64,000 bases of DNA from Gemmatimonadales bacterium (GCA_035759745.1 DASTUF010000068.1:20935-84934); one strand, 5' to 3'; counted from the stretch's first letter, positions 29,155-39,141 are shown. The notes: generated by a model from the letters alone, not told the origin. Program-made: numbers and translations.

Positions 29155-30957
29155 TCAGCGAAGCCCCATCCTACGCCGCCACCACCATTCCACCGCAAGG
29201 GCGGCGAGCGCCAGGCCGAAGAGCCAGAACTGCTCCCGCACCGATTCGCGAGGCGATGGCCTCGGCGCGCGGGCGGCGCGAGCGGCGATGGTGACCGGCC
29301 GCGGCAGGTACTCGCTGGAAAACGTCTCGACCGCCACCACCCCGGTGCCGCCCTCGCCCAGGCGATAGCGGTACTCCCCCGGCGGGAGCAGCACCTCGGC
29401 GCGGCCGGCGCCGTCGAAGCGCAGGGTGTCGGCTCGGCTCGAGTCTCCAAAGCTCCAGACCAGCGGCGCATCGCGCGGACTACCCTGCCCGGCCCACTCG
29501 AACACCAGCGGCCGGCCGCGCTCCACCACCGGTCTCGGCACGCGGGCGACGCCCCGCACCGAGTCAGTGCCGGCCAGCAGCCAGGTGGTGGTTGCCGCCA
29601 CCCACGCGCGATACGCGTCCTCGCTGGCACCTCCGCGAAAGGCCCAGCGCCAGAACCCGTCCGCCGCGACCAGCGCACGCCGACGCCGGCCGTCGTCGCG
29701 AACAGTAACCACCGGGCGTTCCGCGCCACGCCGCCGCTCCTGGCCCTGCAGCACCACCACGTCTCCCTCGACGGGCTGGATCGGGGTGATCCTGGTGGCA
29801 GGCGGAAATGAGTCGAGCGGAAGACCCAGGAAGGCGGACGCGACCGGCGACACTTCGGCTGCGCCCAGGTACCAGTCGCCCGGCAGCAGCGCCTCGCCGT
29901 TCTCGCCACTGGGCCAGAGCCAGAGTCCGCGGGCACTGCTGCCTTCTGCCCAGCTGCCCTGCCGTCCCTTGAGCACCAGCAGGTCAGCGCCGCGCGCACT
30001 TCGCCGAACGGCTGCCTCGTCCACCGGCGCCAGCGATTCCATGGACCGCCACTGGTTGCGCTCCAGCTGCACGTATCCGCGCACCGGCAACTGCGCCACG
30101 TCGCGCAGGGCACGATAGAGTGTGCGCGCGTCCCAGTCGCCGGGAGAGGCGATGAGCACCACGCCAGGCGATTCCGTGACGATTACGCGATGGAGGCGCA
30201 CGTCGGTGGCCGGCTCCGCGTCCGCCGCACCGGTGCGCCGCAGCGTGAGGACATGCTCTCCCGCCGAGAGGGCGCCCGAAGCCAGCGCAATCCGCGCGCG
30301 GCCGGAGCCACCCTGGTCCACGGCGGCGCGGCCGCGGGCGAGCACCCGTTCGCCCAGGGCCGCTTCGATCGGGATGCTGGTGGTATCGCCGCTGTGAAAT
30401 CGCCGGACATCGATCTCCAGCACGATCGAGTCGCCGGCGGTTACGCGATCGGGGCCCGAGACCAGGGTCAGCGCGTCGTCGGCAACGCTGTCGCGGGGAA
30501 AGACGCGAACAGTGACGCGATCGACCAGGTCGGCGGGAAGGTCTCGCGCGTCCTCGAGCTCGCCATCGGTGAGCACCTCCACCGGTCGGTCGGACGCCGC
30601 CACGGCAACCAGCGCAGGACGCAGCAGCGAGCGGCCGAGGGTAGGCACCGAATCGCCCGGCTGGGCGCCGCCGTCGCCGAAGAACATCACTTCGCCAGTG
30701 GCGGCCGCGGAGTCCCGGGCCGTGGCCCACTGCCCGCCGGCGGCCTGCATCGAGAGCGAGCCGTCGAGCAGCACCAGCGGCGTCAGCCGTTCAGCCGGCG
30801 TGGGACAGGAGATGTTGAAGACGAGGAGAAGGAGCAGGGCCCACGCGAGCGCGCGGGCGATGAGCGGAACGCCGGCTCGGGGGCCGGCGCGCTCGAAGTA
30901 GAGATACGTGACTGCCGCGAGCGCGAGCCCGAGCAGTGCCGCCAGCAGGATCAGCAT
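29155..30957 (-). CDS. Hypothetical membrane protein (N-terminal double-TM region, large extracytoplasmic part, C-terminal TM anchor)
   Basis: 600 aa. MLILLAALLGLALAAVTYLYF...ALAWALLLLLVFNI at the N-terminus and WLFGLALAALAVEWWWRRR at the C-terminus. This is reminiscent of BatA-like N-terminal domains, but the family is not established. Confidence 0.55.
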   Translation of the reverse strand: MLILLAALLGLALAAVTYLYFERAGPRAGVPLIARALAWALLLLLVFNISCPTPAERLTPLVLLDGSLSMQAAGGQWATARDSAAATGEVMFFGDGGAQPGDSVPTLGRSLLRPALVAVAASDRPVEVLTDGELEDARDLPADLVDRVTVRVFPRDSVADDALTLVSGPDRVTAGDSIVLEIDVRRFHSGDTTSIPIEAALGERVLARGRAAVDQGGSGRARIALASGALSAGEHVLTLRRTGAADAEPATDVRLHRVIVTESPGVVLIASPGDWDARTLYRALRDVAQLPVRGYVQLERNQWRSMESLAPVDEAAVRRSARGADLLVLKGRQGSWAEGSSARGLWLWPSGENGEALLPGDWYLGAAEVSPVASAFLGLPLDSFPPATRITPIQPVEGDVVVLQGQERRRGAERPVVTVRDDGRRRRALVAADGFWRWAFRGGASEDAYRAWVAATTTWLLAGTDSVRGVARVPRPVVERGRPLVFEWAGQGSPRDAPLVWSFGDSSRADTLRFDGAGRAEVLLPPGEYRYRLGEGGTGVVAVETFSSEYLPRPVTIAARAARAPRPSPRESVREQFWLFGLALAALAVEWWWRRRMGLR

Positions 30958-30989
30958 GCTCTTGAGCTACGGCCTCGCTGCCAGGCGTT

Positions 30990-32252
30990 TCAGGTCCGGC
31001 TCGCCGCCTGTGCCACGAGGGCGGGCTGGGCAGTGTCCGGCGCCGGCGACCCATCCAGCAGCCGCTGCAGCACCTCGCGCTCGGCCTCGAACGCGCCCCG
31101 CTTCGACTTCTCGACCGGAGCGCCGTTGCCGAGGTCCACCCGGCGCGAATCCTTGGCCACACCATTGACCCGGAACTCGTAGTGGAGGTGCGGCCCGCTG
31201 GCTAGGCCCGTGGATCCTACTTTGCCTATCTGCTGCCCCTGGGTCACCCGCGCGCCGACCCGGGTCTGGATCCGGCTCAGGTGGGCGTAGCGGGTGGTGA
31301 TGCCATTGCGGTGGCGGATTTCCACCATGTTGCCGTAGCCGCCGTTGCGGCCAGCGCGGATCACGGTGCCGTCGCCCGCGGCCATCACCGGCGTGCCGGT
31401 GTTGGCGGCGTAATCGGTGCCCTCGTGCTTCCGGGTCCGGCCCAGCACCGGGTGGAACCGCGCCCGGGAGAAGTTGGACGAGATCCGGCGGAACTCCACG
31501 GGCGCACGCAGGAACGCGCGCTTCAGGGAATTGCCCTCGTCATCGAAGAAGTGGCCGTCAAAGCGGTAGGCCGGCAGGTCGCGCCCGTTGATGCTCAGCT
31601 CGCTGGCCAGCACCCGGCCGAACCGCACATCGCCTTCCTCCGACACCAGCCGCTCCATCACGACGTTGAAATGGTCGCCCGTGCGAGTGTCGCGAGTGAA
31701 GTCCACGGCCCACTGGTATACCTCGGCCAGGGCCCACGCGAGGTGTTCGCGCGCGCCGCCGCCCAGGATCGAATCGCCGACCTGGCGATCGAGAGCCTCA
31801 TAGAGCGAGTGGTTGATAGTGCCCGAGACGGTGAACACCTGGGGCTCCCAGGCGATGGTCTCGACTTCAGTGTCCCATCCGCTCGCTGCCCGCACCATCA
31901 GCACCCGCTGTTCCGGGCTGGTCCGCACCGTCATGCGGTCGGGGATGGAGTCGGCGATGGGCTTCCGGAAATTGAACACCAGCCCTGCCCGGAGCCGCCG
32001 GGGGTCGAGCGCATCGGCGAGGCCGCTGAGATCAGCGGCGATGATGCCATTGCGTCCCAGCAATTCCGAGAGCGTCTCGCCGCGATGCAGCGTATCGGCT
32101 GATTCCACGTGGGTTGGCGGCGGAGGCGGCGGAGCCTCGGCGACGTGCACTACTTCGCGCACGCGCGGCCATGGCCAATTGCCCGACAATGAGAACATCG
32201 CGGCAGCGGCAACGACGGCCCCCGCCACCAGGATCCGGACCCGTGGCATCAA
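30990..32252 (-). CDS. M23-family peptidoglycan metalloendopeptidase
   Basis: 420 aa. Signal/TM segment, then HEGTDYAA...GYGNMVEIRH...HLS...GSTGLASGPHLHYE, the M23 zinc motifs. Overlaps the ftsZ stop by 4 nt. Confidence 0.85.
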   Translation of the reverse strand: MMPRVRILVAGAVVAAAAMFSLSGNWPWPRVREVVHVAEAPPPPPPTHVESADTLHRGETLSELLGRNGIIAADLSGLADALDPRRLRAGLVFNFRKPIADSIPDRMTVRTSPEQRVLMVRAASGWDTEVETIAWEPQVFTVSGTINHSLYEALDRQVGDSILGGGAREHLAWALAEVYQWAVDFTRDTRTGDHFNVVMERLVSEEGDVRFGRVLASELSINGRDLPAYRFDGHFFDDEGNSLKRAFLRAPVEFRRISSNFSRARFHPVLGRTRKHEGTDYAANTGTPVMAAGDGTVIRAGRNGGYGNMVEIRHRNGITTRYAHLSRIQTRVGARVTQGQQIGKVGSTGLASGPHLHYEFRVNGVAKDSRRVDLGNGAPVEKSKRGAFEAEREVLQRLLDGSPAPDTAQPALVAQAASRT

Positions 32253-33445
32253 TCCATCTGCCTGCGGATGAAGGTGGGAATTTCCATCTCGGGCATCTCG
32301 TGCGAAGTCGTGGAAGGAGTTACGCCGCCAGCCGGTGTGGACATCGGTGGGGCCTGCCGGGCCACGTTGCGCGCCGGAACTGGCGTCGGCGTGGTGATCA
32401 CCGGCTGCGAAGCACGCTTCGTGCCAGGGAACGGCAGAACACTGGAGCCCGACGGACGCATCTGCGGCGTGTCGCTGCCGGTGACGATGCGGTCGAATCC
32501 GGTGGCGATGACAGTGACCCGTACCTCGCCGTGCATGGCGGGGTCGCGGCCGGCGCCGAAGATGATCTCGGCCTCATCGCCCACGGCGTCGTGGATGATG
32601 TCATTGATCTGGGTGACCTCGCCCAGGGTGAGGTCGTCACCGCCGATGATGTTGATCAGCACGCCGGTGGCGCCGGTGATCGAGACGTTGTCGAGCAGCG
32701 GGCTCGAGATGGCCTGCTGGGCCGCCTCCAGCGCGCGGGTCTCGCCCCGGCCGATGCCGGTGCCCATCAGCGCCGCGCCGCCGTTCTGCATGACGGTCCG
32801 CACGTCGGCGAAGTCGACGTTGATGATGCCGGTGGCGGTGATCAGGCTGGCAATGCCCTGAGTGGCGTGCAGCAGCACTTCATCGGCCTTCTTGAGCGCA
32901 TCCTGGAAGGGGATGCCCTTCCCAACCACCGCGAGCAGCCGCTCGTTGGGCACCACGATCATGGTGTCCACGCTCTTCCGCAGCTCGCTGATGCCGGTCT
33001 CGGCCTGGCGCATCCGCTTCCGTCCCTCGAACAGGAACGGCTTGGTGACGATGCCCACGGTGAGGGCCCCGGCCTCGCGCGCCATCTGGGCGATGATCGG
33101 CGCCGCACCGGTGCCAGTGCCGCCGCCCATGCCGCAGGTCACGAACACCATGTCGGCGCCGGTGATGTGCGGCAGGACCTCATCCCGGTTCTCGTCGATC
33201 GCCTGGCGGCCGATCTCGGGCCGGGCCCCTGCGCCCAGGCCGCGGGTCAGCTTCTTGCCGATCTGGACCTTCACGTCGGAGCGGGACGTGACCAGGGCCT
33301 GGGAGTCGGTGTTCACCGAGATGAACTCGACCCCGGTGAGCCCGTCCTCGATCATGCGATTCACTGCGTTGCCGCCGCCGCCGCCGACGCCGACGACCTT
33401 CATCCGCGCGGTCTGCGCGCCACTTTCTTCGAGCTCAAATATCAT
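32249..33445 (-). CDS. ftsZ: Cell division GTPase FtsZ
   Basis: 398 aa. Tubulin signature GGGTGTGAAPIIA, plus NTDSQAL and the C-terminal peptide EIPTFIRRQMD. Confidence 0.97.
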   Translation of the reverse strand: MIFELEESGAQTARMKVVGVGGGGGNAVNRMIEDGLTGVEFISVNTDSQALVTSRSDVKVQIGKKLTRGLGAGARPEIGRQAIDENRDEVLPHITGADMVFVTCGMGGGTGTGAAPIIAQMAREAGALTVGIVTKPFLFEGRKRMRQAETGISELRKSVDTMIVVPNERLLAVVGKGIPFQDALKKADEVLLHATQGIASLITATGIINVDFADVRTVMQNGGAALMGTGIGRGETRALEAAQQAISSPLLDNVSITGATGVLINIIGGDDLTLGEVTQINDIIHDAVGDEAEIIFGAGRDPAMHGEVRVTVIATGFDRIVTGSDTPQMRPSGSSVLPFPGTKRASQPVITTPTPVPARNVARQAPPMSTPAGGVTPSTTSHEMPEMEIPTFIRRQMD

Positions 33446-33467
33446 TGGGTTCCCCCTCCTGCCACGA

Positions 33468-34718
33468 TCAGAAGAAGTCCTGAAGCCAGCGTTTCACGGG
33501 CGCTATGTATTTGTCCACGCCGAGGCCGCGACGGCTCCCGACGCCAAAGCCACTGGTCCTGACCTGCCGAGCCCCGTAGAGCACCAGCCCCACGGGCACC
33601 GCGAACAGGGGTGATTCGACGCTGTCGGCCAGCCCCCGGAGGTGCTCGCCCGGGACGCCGGTCCGGGCCGGCATCGCGAAAACATCCCGGGCCAGCTCGA
33701 CGATTCCGGGGGCCTGAGCGCCTCCCCCGGTCAGGACCACACCTGCCGGCAATTGCTGCCCGTAACCGGCCCGGGTGATCTCATCCAGCGCATACTCGAG
33801 GATTTCCTGCATGCGCATATGCATGATATGCGAAAGTACCCGACGATGCGCGTTGCGGGGTCCCTGGCCCGGTGTACTCGGGAGATCGATGAGGTCGGTA
33901 TCGGGCACCAGCGGCTCGTAGGCGCTGCCGTAGCGCTCCTTGAGCCGCTCCGCCTCGATCTGGGTGACCTGGAGCCCGTGGACCAGGTCGCCGGTGACAT
34001 GACCGCCGGCGCAGAGCAGCGAGGCGGTGTGACGGATCTTGCCGGCCTGGAACACCGAGACGTTGGTGGAGCCCCCGCCCAGCTCCACGATGGCGCAGCC
34101 CAGCTCGCGCTCGTCGGGCGTGAGTACCGCGAGCGACGCCGCCAGCGGCTCCAGCACGAACTCGCCCACATGGAAGCCGGCCCGCTCAACGCACTTGCGG
34201 AGGTTCTGTACCGCGCTGGTGAGGACGGTGACCAGGTACACCTCGGCCTCGAGCCGGGAGCCGGTCATGCCGATCGGATCGCTGATGCCGGCCTGCTGGT
34301 CGATCAGGTAGTCCTGGGGAATGGCGTGCAGCAGCTCGTGATCGCGGCCGAACGAGATGTTGCTGGCCATGTCGTTGACCCGGGCCACATCGCTGGTGCG
34401 GATCTCGTCGCCGGTGACGCTGACCATGCCATGCGAGCTGCGCCCCGCCACGTGCTCGCCCGCGATGCCGCAGTACACGGTGCCGACCTCGACGCCCGCC
34501 ATCCGCTGGGCATCGCGCATCGCCTTGGCGATGGCGCGCGTGGTCTCCTCGATGTCGCGCACCACGCCCCGCCGGACGCCAGTGCTGCGCTCCAGGCCGA
34601 CACCGAGGATCTTGGCGGCGGGATTGCGGGAGTCACCGGTCACTTCCGCGATGAGGGCGACGACCTTGCCCGAGCCGATGTCGAGCGCGGCAACGAGATT
34701 GTCAGGCGAAACGCTCAT
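33468..34718 (-). CDS. ftsA: Cell division protein FtsA
   Basis: 416 aa. Actin-fold motifs ALDIGSGKV, VELGGGSTNVSV and VLTGGGAQ. Confidence 0.95.
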   Translation of the reverse strand: MSVSPDNLVAALDIGSGKVVALIAEVTGDSRNPAAKILGVGLERSTGVRRGVVRDIEETTRAIAKAMRDAQRMAGVEVGTVYCGIAGEHVAGRSSHGMVSVTGDEIRTSDVARVNDMASNISFGRDHELLHAIPQDYLIDQQAGISDPIGMTGSRLEAEVYLVTVLTSAVQNLRKCVERAGFHVGEFVLEPLAASLAVLTPDERELGCAIVELGGGSTNVSVFQAGKIRHTASLLCAGGHVTGDLVHGLQVTQIEAERLKERYGSAYEPLVPDTDLIDLPSTPGQGPRNAHRRVLSHIMHMRMQEILEYALDEITRAGYGQQLPAGVVLTGGGAQAPGIVELARDVFAMPARTGVPGEHLRGLADSVESPLFAVPVGLVLYGARQVRTSGFGVGSRRGLGVDKYIAPVKRWLQDFF

Positions 34719-35389
34719 GCGTCCATCCCCCGCACCACCACGGTGCCGGGAAAACGGCCGTCCAGCTCGCTGAAATGCGCGCCCTTGCGCACGAGATCCG
34801 CCGCGACCGCTTGCACCGCTCGCATATCCTCCAGAGTGGCATCTGGCCGGAAGAGATACCGGCGTCCTCCCACGATGAGCATCACGTCCCCGTCCACCGC
34901 ACGCGCCTCGGTGATGGCCCCGAACAGTCCCGGTGCGAATCGCTGCACCCGTCCCAGCAACCGGCCGGTGCCCGGATCGGCCGAGTCGGCGACCGGAAGA
35001 TCGGCCGCGGCCCGTGATGGATCATACGGCAGCACCCGGCCCGCCGAATCCATGTATGCCAGCCGCCCTCGCACCGGCACCACAGCCACCGGCAGGCGTT
35101 CGGTCACATGCAGCACCAGCGTGCCCGGCAACCGCCGTTCCGCCCGGGCCGCAGTCACGCCGGGGATGCGGAGCGCCCGCTCGGCGATAGGGTCCAGCTC
35201 ATCGAACACCGTGAACCGCTCGGGCAGGTGCAGCGAATCGAGCGCTGGGCCCGGGGCGCCGTACCGGAGCCCGACAAACTCGACTCGCCGCACCTGGAAG
35301 AACTCGATCCGCCGCCCCAGGGCCGGGAGGCCGAACCAGAGCGCTGCGCCGACCGCGACTGCCGCCGGCACCTGCCAGCGCCGCTTCAT
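34715..35389 (-). CDS. ftsQ: Cell division protein FtsQ (POTRA-containing)
   Basis: 224 aa. N-terminal TM segment (WQVPAAVAVGAALWFGL), then a POTRA-like VRRVEFVGLRY. Its position between murC and ftsA supports the call. Confidence 0.8.
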   Translation of the reverse strand: MKRRWQVPAAVAVGAALWFGLPALGRRIEFFQVRRVEFVGLRYGAPGPALDSLHLPERFTVFDELDPIAERALRIPGVTAARAERRLPGTLVLHVTERLPVAVVPVRGRLAYMDSAGRVLPYDPSRAAADLPVADSADPGTGRLLGRVQRFAPGLFGAITEARAVDGDVMLIVGGRRYLFRPDATLEDMRAVQAVAADLVRKGAHFSELDGRFPGTVVVRGMDA

Positions 35390-36762
35390 CGTTCCGCCAG
35401 GCTCTGCAGCAGCTCCGGACCGACTCGGGTGACATCGCCGGCGCCCAGGGTGATCACCACATCGCCCGGCTCGAGCAGCGAGGCCACGCGGCCGGTGAGA
35501 TCGGCCCGCTCGGGGACGTAGTACACCAGCGACCGGCCGCCTGCGGCGGCATCCGCCACCAGCTTGCCGGTGACGCCCGCCACCGGCGACTCCCGCGCGG
35601 CATAGACATCCGTGACCACCACGATGTCGGCTGCCGCCAGGGCTTCACCCATGGCCGCTCCATGTTGTGCCGTGCGCGAATACAGATGCGGTTGAAAGAC
35701 CGCCACCAGCCGACGCCCCGGGTACGCCTGCCGTGCCGCCGCCAAGGTGGCGACGAGTTCGGAGGGATGATGGGCGTAGTCGTCCACGATCGCCACGCCT
35801 CCGGCCTGACCCAGCCGCTCGAACCGCCGGCCGACGCCAGTGAACTGGTCCAGCGCGTCGAGCGCCCGCTCGACGGACCCACCCAGCGCCACCACCGCTC
35901 CAAGTGCGCCGGTGGCGTTGAGCACGTTGTGGCGACCCGGCACCCGAAGGCGCAGCGTCACCTGGCGGCCATCCGGCAGCGCGAGTTCTGCGCGACTGCC
36001 ATCGGCATCGCCGTCAAACCGGCTCAGGCGCAGGTCGGCATCGTCGGCAAACCCGAACCGCCAGACCCGCGTGCTGCCCAGCCGGGACGCCAACTGCCGG
36101 GCGCCGGCGTCGTCCACCCCCACGAGAGCGGTCTCGGCCCGGCCGGCAAACTCCGCAAAGGCTGCTTCGAGGTTGGTGACCGACCCGTAGCACTCCAGGT
36201 GATCGGCCTCGACATTGTTGACGATGGCGACTGTCGGCTCGAGCGTCAGGAAGGCCTTGTCGTACTCGTCGGCCTCAACCACGAACAGCGCGTCGCCGTC
36301 CAGGCGGGCATTGCCGCCCCAGAGCCCCACCCTGCCGCCGGCCAGTCCTGTCGGTGCCAGCCCGGCGCCCGCCAGCGCCTGGGTGGCCATGACCGTTGTG
36401 GTGGTCTTGCCGTGGGTTCCGGCGGCGGCCACGACCGTGCGGCCATTGACCAGCGCCGCGAGCGCGTCCTTGCGCGGAATGACTGGAATGCCCAGCCGTC
36501 GCGCGTCTGCCAGTTCGGGATGGTCCGGCTTGATGGCCGCCGTGACCACCACTGCCCTGGCGCCCTGCACGTGGGCCGGGTCGTGACCCGCTACCACCAG
36601 CCCGCCGGCGGTTGCCACGTCGACCGTGCCGGCGAGATCGGTGTCGCATCCTGTGACAGCGACGCCACGCCTCAACGCCAGCAGCGCCAGCGCGCTCATG
36701 CCCGCGCCACCGACGCCCATGAAGTGGATCGGTCTCGGGTCGGCGGCTGTGAGAAAGTCCAT
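35386..36762 (-). CDS. murC: UDP-N-acetylmuramate--L-alanine ligase
   Basis: 458 aa. Motifs HFMGVGGAGMSALA, GTHGKTTTT, DDYAHHP. Confidence 0.95.
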   Translation of the reverse strand: MDFLTAADPRPIHFMGVGGAGMSALALLALRRGVAVTGCDTDLAGTVDVATAGGLVVAGHDPAHVQGARAVVVTAAIKPDHPELADARRLGIPVIPRKDALAALVNGRTVVAAAGTHGKTTTTVMATQALAGAGLAPTGLAGGRVGLWGGNARLDGDALFVVEADEYDKAFLTLEPTVAIVNNVEADHLECYGSVTNLEAAFAEFAGRAETALVGVDDAGARQLASRLGSTRVWRFGFADDADLRLSRFDGDADGSRAELALPDGRQVTLRLRVPGRHNVLNATGALGAVVALGGSVERALDALDQFTGVGRRFERLGQAGGVAIVDDYAHHPSELVATLAAARQAYPGRRLVAVFQPHLYSRTAQHGAAMGEALAAADIVVVTDVYAARESPVAGVTGKLVADAAAGGRSLVYYVPERADLTGRVASLLEPGDVVITLGAGDVTRVGPELLQSLAER

Positions 36763-36805
36763 CGGGCTCGGCTAATGTAAATAATTGCTTGGTGTTGGAA
36801 AAGCC
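36763..36805 (-). promoter_or_regulatory. AT-rich spacer between murG and murC; candidate internal promoter of the distal dcw genes
   Basis: This is the only real gap inside the dcw cluster. The core taatgtaaataattgcttggtgttggaaaa is strikingly AT-rich for this genome. On the minus strand it reads TTTTCCAACACCAAGCAATTATTTACATTAGCC, with a weak TTTTCC-N17-TACATT arrangement. No experimental support. Confidence 0.3.
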
Positions 36806-37966
36806 TCAGCGATCCGGAAGCAGGGTCAGGAGGCGTTCCACGATGCTGTCCACGGCATCGGGCCGCCCCCGGCTCAAGGCGGCCGACGCCAGTCGCTGGC
36901 GCTGGCCGCCGTCAAGCATCAAGGGACCCAGGCTGGGGGCCAATCCATCGGTCACCAGCACCGATTGGGGCAGCATCCGGGCAGCGCCGGCCCGCTCCAT
37001 CACCCTGGCGTTCCCGGTCTGGTGGTCGGCCGCGGCTGTGGGCAACGGCACCAGCACGCTGGGCAGGCCCCAGGCGCATATCTCGGCTACGGTCATCATC
37101 CCGGCGCGCGACACCACCAATTCGGCCACCGCATAACCGTCGGCCATCGGATCGAGGAAGTCGAGAACCTGAACGTGGGGCGGACGGTGCCGCCCGACAA
37201 ACTCGCGATGGCTGCCCCGCCCCGTCACCCACAGCACCGTCCACCCCGAGGCACCACCGCCATCGAGCCACGCAGCCACCGCCCGGTTGAGCGCCAGCGA
37301 GCCCTGGCTGCCTCCGGTCACCAGCAGCACTCGTTCGGCTCCGTCGAGCCCGAACCGCGCCTGCGCCGCGATCCGACGTTCGGGATCGGGCCGCACTATC
37401 GGATTGCCGGTGTCGAAGACTTGGGTCTGGCGACCAGGGCGGAGACGTCCTGCCGCTTCCGGCACGCCGAGGTAGATGTGGCGCACGCGTCCGGCGAGCA
37501 ACCGACTGGCAAGCCCGGGAAAGGCATTCTGCTCCTGGATCGCGCCGGGTAGCCCGCGTCGCACTCCCGCCCACACCACTGGTCCCGAGGCGTAGCCGCC
37601 GGTGCCGAGCACGGCCACCGGAGACTCCCGCTGGAAGAGCCGGTGGAGTTCCCGGAGCAGGCGCACGCCAACCACCGGCCAGCGGGCGTTGCGCCACCAC
37701 TGTCGGCGGTAGATCGGCTCGCTGGGCAGGAGGTGGAAGCGAAAGTCCCGCGTGGGAAGCAGCCGCGCCTCGACGCCGCGCGCTGCACCAACCATGACCG
37801 GCTCCACGTCCGGCGCAGCGCGCCGGAGCGCGTCGGCGATGGCCAGCGCTGGCATGAGGTGCCCGCCGGTGCCGCCGCCGGCGATGAGCACGCGCCTCGG
37901 GCGCGTGGTCGCAGGGGTACGGTGCAAGGCGGATTGGGTTGCCGGCGCTGCCACCGGAGCGCTCAT
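36806..37966 (-). CDS. murG: UDP-N-acetylglucosamine--N-acetylmuramyl-(pentapeptide) pyrophosphoryl-undecaprenol GlcNAc transferase
   Basis: Internal ATG at 37964-37966 (MSAPVAAP...RRVLIAGGGTGGHLMPALAIA...) overlaps the ftsW stop. The 112-aa upstream extension in the track is antisense noise. Confidence 0.9.
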   Translation of the reverse strand: MSAPVAAPATQSALHRTPATTRPRRVLIAGGGTGGHLMPALAIADALRRAAPDVEPVMVGAARGVEARLLPTRDFRFHLLPSEPIYRRQWWRNARWPVVGVRLLRELHRLFQRESPVAVLGTGGYASGPVVWAGVRRGLPGAIQEQNAFPGLASRLLAGRVRHIYLGVPEAAGRLRPGRQTQVFDTGNPIVRPDPERRIAAQARFGLDGAERVLLVTGGSQGSLALNRAVAAWLDGGGASGWTVLWVTGRGSHREFVGRHRPPHVQVLDFLDPMADGYAVAELVVSRAGMMTVAEICAWGLPSVLVPLPTAAADHQTGNARVMERAGAARMLPQSVLVTDGLAPSLGPLMLDGGQRQRLASAALSRGRPDAVDSIVERLLTLLPDR

Positions 37967-39141
37967 GCCGATGCCCTGCGCGACCGGGGCTGCTGCCGGG
38001 TGGACGGCACCGCACGAGGACGCCCCCGCATCCGCCCGATATTGATGAGGATCCCGGCGGCGAGCATGGCGATGACCTGGCTGGAGCGGCCCCACGACAC
38101 GAAGGGAAGCGTGATGCCGGTGGTCGGCATCAGCTTGGTGTTCACCGCCATGTGGAGCACCGCCGACACCCCCACCAGCGCGGTAATCCCCACCGCGAGG
38201 TATTGGCCGAACGGCTCGGCGGCGGTCCGCGCGATCCTGAACCCCAGCCAGCAGAAGACGGCAAAGAGGGCCACGATGAAGCAGACGCCGATGAACCCCC
38301 ACTCTTCGCCTATATGGCTGAACAGGAAGTCGGAGTAGGCGTAGGGCGTAAATCCCATCTTCTGCGAACCCTCACCCAGTCCCACCCCCACCAGCTGGCC
38401 CGAGCCGAAGCCGATCATCGCGTTGGTGATCTGCCAGGCGGCTTCGGACTGGTCGCCCCCGTTGAGGAAGGTGGTGAGCCGCGCCAGCCGGTAGGGCGCG
38501 CTCTGAATGAGCGTGAGCCCCAGCAGCAACCCGGCGCCGGTGAGCAGCACGAAGTGGCCCAGCTTGGCGCCAGCCACGAACAGCACGATCCCCCCCAGCA
38601 TCACGAGCAGCACGGCCATCGACATGTTGGGCTCGAGCAGGACCAGCAGGAACACCAGCCCCAGGACCACGATGAACGGCATCACGCCCTTCTTGAACCC
38701 GCGTACCAGCTCACCCTTCTTGCTGGCCAGCATGGCGCACCACACCACCACCGACAGCCGCGCCAGTTCCGACGGCTGGAAATTGACCGGTCCCAGGTCG
38801 ATCCACCGGCGGGCGCCGTTCCTGGTTGGAGCGATCGCTTCGGTGCCCGGCAGGACCGTGATGAGCAGCAGGACGAGCGTGCCCAGCAGCAGTGGCCACG
38901 CCATCTTGCGCCAGAGGTAGTAGTCCACCCGCGACGCGATAATGAGGAAGATGCCGCCGATGGCCGCCCCGGAGACCTGGGTGAGCGCGAAGGCGTAGTC
39001 CACATAGCGCCCATCCTTCGTGAGCATGCTGGACGCGCCGTACACCGCCACGATGCCGAACACCGCCAGCACCGCCACGATCATCAGCAGGAGGCGGGTT
39101 TCCCAGCGCATCTCGCCGGGATGGCGAATCGGTGGCGGCAT
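37963..39141 (-). CDS. ftsW: Peptidoglycan glycosyltransferase FtsW (SEDS family)
   Basis: 392 aa, about 10 TM segments. Motifs RWIDLGPVNFQPSELA, and LPFVSWGRSS near the C-terminus. Confidence 0.9.
   Translation of the reverse strand: MPPPIRHPGEMRWETRLLLMIVAVLAVFGIVAVYGASSMLTKDGRYVDYAFALTQVSGAAIGGIFLIIASRVDYYLWRKMAWPLLLGTLVLLLITVLPGTEAIAPTRNGARRWIDLGPVNFQPSELARLSVVVWCAMLASKKGELVRGFKKGVMPFIVVLGLVFLLVLLEPNMSMAVLLVMLGGIVLFVAGAKLGHFVLLTGAGLLLGLTLIQSAPYRLARLTTFLNGGDQSEAAWQITNAMIGFGSGQLVGVGLGEGSQKMGFTPYAYSDFLFSHIGEEWGFIGVCFIVALFAVFCWLGFRIARTAAEPFGQYLAVGITALVGVSAVLHMAVNTKLMPTTGITLPFVSWGRSSQVIAMLAAGILINIGRMRGRPRAVPSTRQQPRSRRASA

Noticed and set aside
25557-29811. ORFs or N-terminal extensions seeded by the G-rich repeats: 25557..25859, 26008..26232, 29092..29811, the first 21 codons of 25619..26050, and the MGSGEWMELYSSTHFPLPTSHFPLPT extension of ftsY.
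   Set aside because: The peptides (GSGKEVGSG, HFPLPT, WGVGSGEWG) are simply translations of the repeat in different frames and continue antisense to real genes. The one exception kept open is the in-frame ATG in the ftsY leader, noted as an alternative start.
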